NCBI RefSeq assembly: GCF_004010195.1 | Contig: NC_057718.1 | Coordinates: 14,194,383-14,237,357 of the forward strand | Length of the DNA: 42,975 bases | Source of the DNA: Chiloscyllium plagiosum | Lineage: Eukaryota | Direction: 5' to 3' | In this document: positions 33,942 through 42,975 of the stretch, piece by piece | Layout: every line of letters starts with the position of its first letter | Numbering within the stretch: the first letter of the stretch is position 1 | Notes under the pieces: model-generated | The model's input: the letters and a program-made list of their open reading frames with translations, nothing else | The model's database searches: none | Told to the model about the DNA's origin: nothing | Made by a program: the position numbers and the translations under genes

Positions 33942-34560
33942 GATTCAGCTATTTGGGGCATTAGTAAGGCCAACTCTGATGTACAGTGCAGAATATTGGT
34001 CGCTGTAATTAATGGAAGGATGTTAATGCAATGGAAGCAGTTCAGAGAAGGTTAACTGAAAATTCAGAGAAGGTGAATAAATGAAGTCCCCAGGTTACGA
34101 ACGAGTTCCATTTTTTCCACTGTTCGTATGCTGAATTTGTGCGTAAGTCTGAATAGATACGGGCAAATTAGTCCGCCCGTTCGTTAGGACGAAACATTGT
34201 ACGGAACTCAGATTTTAAAACATAATTCTTAAAAATGAGAGGCCGGAGATCGGTTTGTAAGTACGGGACGTTTGTAAGTTGGGTGTTTGTAACCCGGGGA
34301 CTTCGTGTACCTGGAATGAGCACATTGCCTTATGAGAAAAGGCTAGACTGGCTAGGCCTGTATCCTCTGGAGTTTAGAAGAGACGGAGGTGACTTACTTG
34401 AAACGTGAAACAGGTGGCTCTGGCAAGGATCTTTCCTTTTGTGGGAGAATCTAGAAATAAAGGTTATAGTTTAAAAAAGGAAGACAGTTTAAGATTAAGA
34501 TGAGCCACCATTTTTCTCCCAGAGGTACGTGAGTGTTTGGAATTCCCTTCCTCAAAAGCT
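33863..34560 (+). mobile_element. Older CR1 fragment interrupted by a MITE
   Basis: MLCFIIRGIEYKT, EAVQRR, then CTGGAGTTTAGAAGA and TGGAATTCCCTTCCTCAAAA after the insert. Confidence 0.75.
34080..34307. mobile_element. Tc1/mariner (pogo/Tigger-like) MITE, 228 bp
   Basis: TIRs AATGAAGTCCCCAGGTTACGAAC / reverse complement CACGAAGTCCCCGGGTTACAAAC; TA on both sides (34078-34079, 34308-34309). Confidence 0.82.
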
Positions 34561-34739
34561 TTTCGTCTCCTGGTTGTTTATTTTTATCTTCTAAAACCCT
34601 GACACTACCGCCAAGCTGTGGCATTTATTCCCCAGCATCCAAGTTGTGTGTCTGCAGGTAGAATTCAGCTTACAAGTGCAGAAATCTTTATTCATATTCC
34701 ACCACCAGGAAGAAAGGAAATCCCCTGGGTGGCCAGTGA

Positions 34740-34988
34740 TGAAATGTCCAAACTCAATGCAGACAGTCACCCCGAGGCTGGAGTTGAACCTGGGTCCCTG
34801 GCACTGTGAGGCAACAGTGCTAACCACTGAGCCACCAATCCGATCTTGCTTATAGATCTTTGGAGGGAAACCCCCACAGACAGGAGATTATTCAAACCCC
34901 ACACAGACAGTCACCCAAGGCTAGAATCAAACCCAGGTCCCCGGTGCTGTGACACAGCAGTGCTACCCACTGAGCCACTGTACCACCC
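34740..34988 (-). mobile_element. Two adjacent HE1-type SINE 5' fragments
   Basis: Two GACAGTCACCC.AGGCT.GA...CCACTGAGCCAC units. Confidence 0.75.
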
Positions 34989-35142
34989 ATCAGATCCTGC
35001 TTATATTGGTCAGCCAAGGCTTTCCTGATTGGCACAGGTGAACAACCCCAACCTAGAACCACATAGTTAACAAGGTCAACCTGTTCACAGTCTCCGCAGT
35101 ATACCACTGAGCAGACCTTCCACTTGTGTCTCTAGAAGCTAA

Positions 35143-35243
35143 AAAATGTGTTGCTGGAAAAGCGCAGCAGGTCAGGCAGCATCAATGGAGCAGGAGAATC
35201 GACGTTTCGGGCCTCTGATCTCCAGCATCTGCAGTCCTCACTT
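35143..35243. mobile_element. Short Penelope terminal insert with inversion
   Basis: 14-bp TSD TCTCTAGAAGCTAA at 35129-35142 and 35244-35257. Confidence 0.88.
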
Positions 35244-35778
35244 TCTCTAGAAGCTAATCCAAGAAAGACAAAACCAGCACAGGACAGGGTTAAATTGATC
35301 ATTAATGCAGATTCTCAACCCTTCCTAGGATGTTGGCATGTGTTTCCTGGAACAAGGAGAAAGGCCTTTGCTTCTTGAGGTAGGCAGTGTGTCAAAGTAG
35401 AAGGAAGTGTGACCCAGTGGCTGATTAACTCGGAACCTGGCCCAGTCGAGATTTTAGTCAATTTTGCTGGAAGGCCTCATGGGGAAAATTGCAACATCCA
35501 TAATTAATGTCCCTTTTAAGCACCATTATACCATATATCCATAGATCTCATGTTTAATAATTAACACTTAAAATTCAAGCTGCCATGTTGCCGAATCAAT
35601 AATTAAAATTGGCTTCTTGAGATACTTTTGTTTCCCATGGCTCTGTTGGTTGCGGCTGAAGAAGCATCTGGTTCTCATTTCAGCCCTCAGAGTTGCTCAG
35701 TTAACAAAACCCTCATTAATCTGGCTGGTTTGAAATGGTAATGGATGGTGTGAGCACACGTGGGAGGGGTGACAGCAT

Positions 35779-35949
35779 CAGAGGGAGATAAAGAGAGACA
35801 GAGTGAAAAACTGCTGGAGAGAGAGAGAGGAACAGGACAGAGTGAAAGGGGAAGTGATCCACGAGAAGAAGATAGAGAGAAAGAGAATGGTGAGTAAAAA
35901 GGAGGACAGAAAGAAAGAGGGAGTGACCAGGAGAGCAGGAGAAGGGTGA
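35779..35949. repeat. GA-rich polypurine tract
   Basis: Low-complexity AG content. Confidence 0.75.
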
Positions 35950-37269
35950 AATCTCTGCCTTTGGCTCCTCACTATTTATAAGATAGTAACTGTAGAGTTA
36001 GGGCTTTCTACACTGTGAGTTGCAACCTCACTTTGGGGATCATGAGCTCTGAAACATTAATGGCTGCCGTAGGGCCTGGTCTGAATGTGAACACCTTTTT
36101 CCCCTTGTTTGGTGGTGGCTGTGCTGTGGAAGAAGGCGGAATAGTAAATAATATTGGAAGCAAAGACAGTTCAGGCACTCAGGTCACCTAGAGATGGGAA
36201 GAGGTTTCAAAGTTAAATATTTATTTGAAACAAAAAGGAGTTATGTACAACCATTTAATGTATTGTATGTGTGTGCGTTTGAACATGTGGGCATTCTTGC
36301 CTATATGTGTTTGCATGTGTATATGTGAATGTGTGTTTATGCGCCCATGTGTTTTATGTGTGGGTCTATGTGCATGCACATATTTGTATGGGGGAAGGGG
36401 CAATGTAAAGGATGAAGTAGACCTGGGGACTTGACAAAAGTAAGGAAATGAGGAAGTTGGGGGTTTGTGGAGCAGGCAAGGTGTGAGAAGATGACTTGGA
36501 AAAAAAACTTGCATTTATTTGGTGTCTTGACACAGGTTAGAAATCCCGAGAGATGGAACGGGGGTTTGGGGTCTGAGTGGATTGAGGTGTTGCTTGACCA
36601 GGAGCCAGTGTTGACAGGGACTGGATTGGGTGCAGTGGGAGGAGGGGACAATGTAGGTTTGGCATGGTTTGATTCAACTGCAGGGGAATCCGAAATGGTA
36701 AAAGCTCAAAGGAAAGTTCAGTAGAATTGACTGGGTCACCACCAGCAGAGGTGGACACTTGATAATCCAAAGTTAGGTTGTCAACTATGAGAGGATAGAT
36801 TCCTGGAGATCTCGTCCCATGACCTCCATTGCTGCACCCATGCGCTCCCACCCATTGGCTAACTGATTGTCAATTCTAAATACTCACCAAAATCCCATTT
36901 TCCTTGGGCTGGAACCTTTTTTTTTATTGTTTGAACAGATGTGAACATCACAAGCAAGGTCAGATTTGTTGCCTGTCCTTAGTGTGCCTTGATCGGTGAG
37001 ACGTGTGCAACAGTTGGCTCTATCTTCTTGCAGTATTTCTTTTTAGGTTCTATTACTCCAAAGCCAATTTTTTTGTGGAATTCAATAGCTGATTTGTTAC
37101 TGATAAATACTGCAGATAAATATTGTCAAAAGACCCAACCTTTTCACAAATGTTTCGCACTTGGTAAGGCATTTTTGTCCCTAATTCTGTAAGCTCTCCT
37201 AATCTCCAGCACTCTTTGTCAAATCTGTAATTGTAACTTGCAGGGAAGATGACTTGGTTTAACTGTGTC

Positions 37270-37548
37270 AACTACAGTGTGGAAACAAGCCCTTCAGCCC
37301 AACAAGTCAACACCAACCCTCTGAAGAATAACCCACCCAAACCCATTTCTCTCTGACTAATGCACCTAGCACTATAGGCAATTTAGCATGGCCAATTCAC
37401 ATAACCTGCACATCTTTGGATTGTGGGGGGAAACCCATGCAAAACTCAGGGAGAATGTGCAAACTCCACAGTCGCCTGAGGTTGGAATCGAACCTGGGTC
37501 CCTGGCACTGTGAGGTAGCAGTGCTAACCACTGAGCCACCATGCTGCC
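37270..37548 (-). mobile_element. HE1-type V-SINE
   Basis: Closely parallel to 17040-17315. Confidence 0.9.
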
Positions 37549-38562
37549 CATAAGCTGTTTGACAATGTGTGGAGTAACATCTCCAAACTCATTCTGACTA
37601 CACTCCATGATGGGCAGGCACTTGTCCATCTTCACTTGATGACTCAGCGGCAGGGAGCAGGAAGATGGAAGTGAATTACCTAAACTCACTAACACATACC
37701 ACTTGCGACACATGCTCCATGCCACCCACTCTTACCTCTGACCTCAAGGCCATTGGATGATCATCTGGATAGGAATAGTGTGCAGGGATAAGGGGAAAAG
37801 GCTGGAGATTGGCATGAGGTAATAGAACCAGTGAGGGCACAAAAGGTTGTATTGGCTTCAGTACCTCAATGATCTGGTTTTAGGCCATTTCCAAGTCAAT
37901 CCCATTCTAGAGTAAGGATAGCAGATTTACTTCTGTAAAGGACAAATCAGGTAGGTTTTTAATAACAAAAGATGATAATGGCATCCCATTAGCTTTCTCA
38001 TTCCACATTTATTAATTGAATTTTAATTTCAGCCCTTGGGATTTGAAGGTAACCTGGGCCTCTCGATGCCTAACAATATTACCACCAAGCTTCAAGCCGC
38101 TGAGTTCATTGTTCATTTCCAGTGTCCTATATTGAATAACTATTCAACATTTTCACTGAAATTCAAGTAAAAGATCTTGATGAGCTACAAATCTCCTGAA
38201 TCTGGTGATAGGTTTTTCGTTCCTGGGGACTCTAGGCCAGTGCTGGAGGGTCGGAAACCTGGGGCTGGAGTTTAGTGTTTACAAGCCTCAGTGCTCTGAG
38301 CAGAGGTCAGGGTTACGAGTTCTTTTCAGTAAATGGATTCCAGGTGGTTGGAACTGCAGAATGATTAGTTAGAGGCACAGCCATCATAAAGTAGAAACAA
38401 TTTGAGGCAATAGCGGGGCCACTTCCAAAATGAGCAGCTTGGCTTCGTTTGCAAAAAAAAACCCCTAATTGTCTAGATTTATAAGGTCCTCGCAGCAGGC
38501 CTAATCGACAATCTCTCAGAGTTCCTGACCTCCTGGCTATAATTATAGAGCTGCTCACACCC

Positions 38563-38593
38563 ACATCATCATCATCATCATCATCATCATCAT
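38563..38593. repeat. (CAT)n microsatellite
   Basis: About 10 trinucleotide units. Confidence 0.92.
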
Positions 38594-38764
38594 GTCTTCA
38601 TTTTATTCTGATTTCTCCACAGGATGTGGGTGTAGTCCATGTTTAGTGTCTTCCCCTCATTTTGCTCGAGAAGACTTTGAATCGCAGCATTGTTTGACAC
38701 AACCTAGTGGCCTGTAGGAAGGTGCGAAATAGTAACGGAATCTGTCCAGTCAGCTTCTGGACTG

Positions 38765-40245
38765 GCCTGCTATTCAGTGGGAATACTGTGAACAGTTTTG
38801 GGCCTCTTATCTAAGGAAAGATACATTGGCATTGGAGGGAGTCCAGAGAAGGTTTGCTGGGCTGAGACCAGGTATTGAGGGACTGTCTTCAGAGGAAAAA
38901 TTGGATTTAATGGAATCTAAACAATGAAAGATACCTGCAAGATTCCTAGAGGTGATGCGGAAAGGCTCTAGAGTCATAGCCATCGCGATATACAGGATGG
39001 AAACAGACCCTTCGGTCCAATTCGCCATGTGGACCAGATATCCTAATTTTATCTAGTCCCATTTCTCAGCATTTTGTTCACATCACTCCAAACCCTTCCT
39101 ATTCATGTACCCATTTTAAATTTTGTAATTGTACCAGACTCCACCACTTCCTCTGGCAGCTCATTCCATACATATACCATCCTCCGTTGCTCCTCAGGTT
39201 CCTTTTGAATCTTGCCCCTCCCACCTTAAACCTATGTCCTTTAGTTTTGGACTCCCCTACCTTGGGAGAAAGACCTTGGCTATTCACCCTATCGATGCCC
39301 CTCATGACCTCTGTAAGGTCACCCCATAGCCTCCGATGCTCCAGGGAAAACAGCCCCAGCCTGTTCAACCTCTCCCTATAGCTCAAACCATCCAACCCTG
39401 GCAACATTCCTTGTAAATCTTTTCTGAACCCTTTCAAGATTCACAATACCCTTTCCGTAGCAGGGACACTAGAATTGAACGCAGTATTCTAAAAGGAGCC
39501 TAACTAATGTTCTGTACAGCCGCATCACGGCATCCTAACTCCTATACTCAATGCACTGACCAATAAAGGCAAGCGAAACAAATGCCTTCACTATCCTGTC
39601 TACCTGTGACTGCACTTTCGAGGAGCTATGAACCTGCACCCAAAGGTCTCTTTGTTTGGCAACACTCTCCAAGTCCTTACCATTACGCGTATAAATCCTA
39701 CCTTGATTTATCTTTGGAAAACACCTCACATTTATCCAAAGTAAGCTCCATGTGCTGTTTCTCGGCCCTTTTGCCCACCTGATCAAGGTCCCATTGTACG
39801 CTGAGGTAACCCTCTTCACTGCCCACTCTGCCGCCAATTTTAGTGTCATCTGCAAACTTGCTACCATTCCTCCTATATTCACTTCCAATCATTTACATGA
39901 ATTACAAAAAGCAGTTTGTACCCTTGTCCGAGAGTCTAGGTTCAGAGGGCAAAATCTCAGAATAATGGGCCACCCATTTAAGAAAGAGATGAGGGGGAAT
40001 TTCATCTTTGAGAGGATTGTGAATCTGTGGAATTCTTTATCACAGAGGGCTGTCAAGGCTGGGTTGTTAAAAGTATATTCAAGGCAGAGATAATTAGTTT
40101 TATTTAATCAATAAGGGAGTTGGGTTGTGGAGAAAAGGCAGGAGTTGAGAATTATATTGAGTTGAGGATTATCAGATCAACCATGATCTCTTGAATGGCA
40201 GGGCAAAGTCGATGGGCTGAATGGCCTATTTCTGTTCCTACATCA
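38765..40245. mobile_element. Nested CR1: + strand host (38765-38968, 39918-40245) with - strand CR1 insert (~38970-39915)
   Basis: Insert encodes KFADDTKIGG and MLPGLDGLSYRERLNRLGLFSLE; host reads LEGVQRRF, then ESRFRGQNLRI..VNLWNSL. Confidence 0.85.
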
Positions 40246-40279
40246 ACTTGATCATGGCACCTTAAGGATAGTAACCATG

Positions 40280-40755
40280 CTTCCAGCACTCAAGAGGTTG
40301 GTGGTGAAAGGTTGTTTCCCCTCGTGAGCGAGTCCTGAGCAATGGGACACATTTAAAAGTCGGCATCTCTATTTGAGACACGGTACAAAAGAATTTGTAT
40401 CTTTCAGAAAGTGGTTTCTCTGTGGAATTCGCTTCCCCACAGAGAACGATGGAGTAAACACAAAGGACTGCGGTAGCTGGAAATCTGAAACAAAAGTGAG
40501 AGTGCTGGAGAAACTCACCAGGGTTGGCAGCGTCTGTTGAGAGAAAAGCAGAGTTGACATTCTGAGCCCAGTGACCTTTCCGTGGAACTGTGGAGGCTGG
40601 GCTTTGGAAACTATCCAAGGCTGAGGTCGACAGACTTTCGATTTGATAAGGAGACTCAAGGGAGGGTGGAAAGTGGAGTTGAAGCCACAGTCAGATTATT
40701 ATCAAATGCTAGAGCAGTCTTGAGGGGACAGGTGGTGTGCTTGTGCTCCTGATTT
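40280..40755 (+). mobile_element. Degenerate CR1 3' end with a second-family Penelope terminal insert (~40455-40590, - strand)
   Basis: GTTTCCCCTCGTGAGCGAGTCC..TGTGGAATTC; insert GCTGGAAATCTGAAACAAAA..GCTGGAGAAACTCA. Confidence 0.6.
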
Positions 40756-40988
40756 TCGTGTTCTGCTGTTGTGTTGTAAATAGGCCTGGATTGGACCAAC
40801 ATATTGTTTCCAATAGGTGTGATGCCCTCACTTTGATATGAGGGGAGCCACTTGATCCCCATGCACTACCAGTAATTGGGAGCGATGTCTGTTGACAATG
40901 AATGTTCTTTGGTTCATACACACTGCTCGATGGAGAGGATCTAGCTGAAAGTCAGAACAATTTGTTACATTGTATGTTGCTGCTGAAG

Positions 40989-41117
40989 GAGAAAGTGAGG
41001 TCTGCAGATGCTGGAGATCAAAGTTGAAACTTTATTGCTGGAACAGCACAGCAGGTCAGGCAGCATCCAGGGAACAGGAGATTCGACGCTTCGGGCACAG
41101 GCCCTTCCTCAGGAAAC
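40989..41117 (-). mobile_element. Penelope terminal fragment with hammerhead motif
   Basis: Minus strand ttc-CTGAGGA-a-GGGC-ctgt-GCCC-GAAG-c-GTC-gaa; 11-bp TSD TGCTGCTGAAG at 40978-40988 and 41118-41128. Confidence 0.88.
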
Positions 41118-41429
41118 TGCTGCTGAAGCCTTTCATAGTCTCCCTCCAGATTTATCAGCATTTAGGTGGACAACATGGAGTGACACTGGGCTTTGTCACT
41201 GAGTAGGGTTTGGCAGGGATTCCTAAATGGAAGAGGGAACAGCTGATGGTGTTGTGTTATTAATGAAGAAATAATTGGGAGAGAACTGTGTGAATACATA
41301 TTTATTTATGTATATTACTGTTTGGGGAACAAGTAAGCAATGTGTTGAACTTTGTGATGTGCCAGTTGTAATAAAATTCTACTTAGAGAATGACATGCTT
41401 GGACTCTGATCCAGCCCCTTTCTCGTGTT

Positions 41430-41890
41430 TGATGCTGAGGGTGTGCTGCATTATCCAAGATGCTAGTTCTTCGATGATACATTAAACCAAGGTGCCATCC
41501 CTTTCAGGTCAACGAAGGTGATGCTATTTTGATGAATACCACTTACGAAGCAGAGCTGGGGAGGTCTCCATATTCGAGAATGTGGTGCTGGAAAAGGGCT
41601 GATGAAGGGCTTATGCCCAAAACATTGATTTTCCTGCTCCTCGGTTGCTGCCTGACCTGCTGTGCTTTTCCAGCAACACTCTCTCGACTCTGAGCTCCAG
41701 CATCTGCAGTCCTCACTTTCTCCGAGGTCTCCATACTGTCCTGGTCCATATTTATCCGTCAATTGACGTTCCTAAAGCAACTGACGATGCAGTCATTCCA
41801 CATTGCTATTCACAGTAACATGTCAGCCGTGTGTAGATTGGCTGACATGTTACTGTGGTGATGACACTTCACTACTTCAGTAACTGAGAG
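41430..41890 (+). mobile_element. Degenerate Deu-domain SINE split by a Penelope insert
   Basis: CTGAGGGTGTGCTGCA..CATTAAACCAAGG..GTCCTGGTCCATATTTATCC..ATTGGCTG. Confidence 0.6.
41573..41723 (+). mobile_element. Penelope terminal insert with short 5' inversion
   Basis: 12-bp TSD GAGGTCTCCATA at 41561-41572 and 41724-41735. Confidence 0.88.
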
Positions 41891-41974
41891 GGGTTAAGAT
41901 GCTGAAGTAAGACAGGTTCTTTGTTGATCGTTGAACAGTGGAAACTGTATACTGTTCTCTCTATTCATGTAGCG

Positions 41975-41994
41975 TCTCCTTGTTTTGTTCACAG
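41975..41994 (+). promoter_or_regulatory. Polypyrimidine tract and 3' splice acceptor
   Basis: TCTCCTTGTTTTGTTCACAG|GAC. Confidence 0.9.
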
Positions 41995-42537
41995 GACCCA
42001 GCTTTCTCTGCTCTGATCCACGACAAGTTGCAGGTGCCCAACACTACCCGCAAGGCCTGGAATGAACGTGACAACCGATGTGATATCTGTGCCACCCACC
42101 TCAATCAGCTGAAGCAGGAAGCCATCCAGATGGTGCAGACACTGGAGCAAGCAGCCACGCTGGAGCAGTATGACCCACTGCCAGGCTCTCCCCCACCCCT
42201 CTCCAACATCCCCTCGCTGGTGGGCTCACGTAACATTGGCAGCCTGCAGGCCTCTCGGGACTGGGCCTTCGTCCCAGCTGCTTACGCTGCCACCACCACC
42301 TATGCCAGCTTCTTGACCAACAAGCATGGCGGCAAACCCAACTCACTGGGCATCGTCGGAGGGGCAGAGAAGAAGGGCGGGTCTCCTGGGCATTCAGTCA
42401 CCAAGGCCGGGCTGCAGATGGCCACCAGCCCCAGCAACGGCAACATCCTGAGCTCAGTTGCCATCCAGGCCCATCAGTACCTGGAAGGAACATGGTCTGT
42501 CTCCAGGACAAACGGTGTGACGCTGTATCCCTACCCA
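41995..42537 (+). CDS. KIF26B: Internal coding exon of kinesin-like protein KIF26B (N-terminal region, equivalent to human exon 3), 181 codons, phase 0/0
   Basis: [47 protein letters not shown] ... [27 protein letters not shown] matches KIF26B as I recall it; canonical CAG| acceptor and |GTAAGT donor. Confidence 0.95.
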
Positions 42538-42554
42538 GTAAGTGTTTGCAAGGC

Positions 42555-42975
42555 ACATGACACACAACACATATGTACAGAGATGCACACAGACACACAT
42601 ACAGACACAAACACGCACACAAAACAATAGATACACACGTACATACAGACACAAACAAACATACAAACATGCACACAAACATACAGGCACAGACACAAGC
42701 ACGCACACAAACCTATAGATACACAAATACATACAGACACAAACACACACAAACCTACAGATACGCATGTACATACAGACACAAATGCACACAAACGTAC
42801 AGACATAAACATATACAAACATACAGGCACATATATGCAGACCCAAACACACACAGACACAAACATGCAGACACAAACACTCACACAAACATACAGACAC
42901 AAAAGACACATACAGACACAAACACACACACACACATACAAACACAAACACACACACAAACATACAGACACAAAC
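42555..42975. repeat. CA-rich degenerate microsatellite, continues off the window end
   Basis: Interrupted CA/CATA/CAGA/CAAA units. Confidence 0.93.

Noticed and set aside
170..41762. Remaining short ORFs in the track
   Set aside because: They are repeat-derived, antisense to LINE fragments or of random length, with no recognisable host protein
41938..42630. 230-aa single-exon gene
   Set aside because: Homology is limited to 41995-42537, which is bounded by splice sites; the extensions are intronic
42398..42971. Cys/Val-rich minus-strand ORFs
   Set aside because: Translation of a TG/CA microsatellite

Overview
Vertebrate genomic DNA from a cartilaginous fish, probably a shark. This is inferred from HE1-type V-SINEs, Deu-domain SINEs, and CR1 and Penelope families typical of elasmobranchs. 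Almost the whole window is one large, repeat-rich + strand intron ending at a 543-nt phase-0/phase-0 coding exon (41995-42537) of KIF26B. The intron holds decayed CR1, L2, RTE and other LINE fragments, several SINE families, a TA-flanked MITE, a 19-bp minisatellite, microsatellites and a 414-nt N gap. Most notable: (1) a complete 5S rRNA gene with its own spacer-like flanks between two ~96% identical CR1 3' ends 1666 bp apart, apparently a displaced piece of a LINE-containing 5S rDNA array, bracketed by exact tandem duplications that may indicate an assembly artefact; (2) more than a dozen Penelope-derived inserts, many with 11-14 bp TSDs, minimal hammerhead-ribozyme motifs, inversions and reiterated template jumps; (3) a perfect 18-bp hairpin just upstream of the exon and a CA-rich tract just downstream of it. 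No prokaryote-type system is present. Boundaries of old repeats are approximate and all identities were judged by eye.
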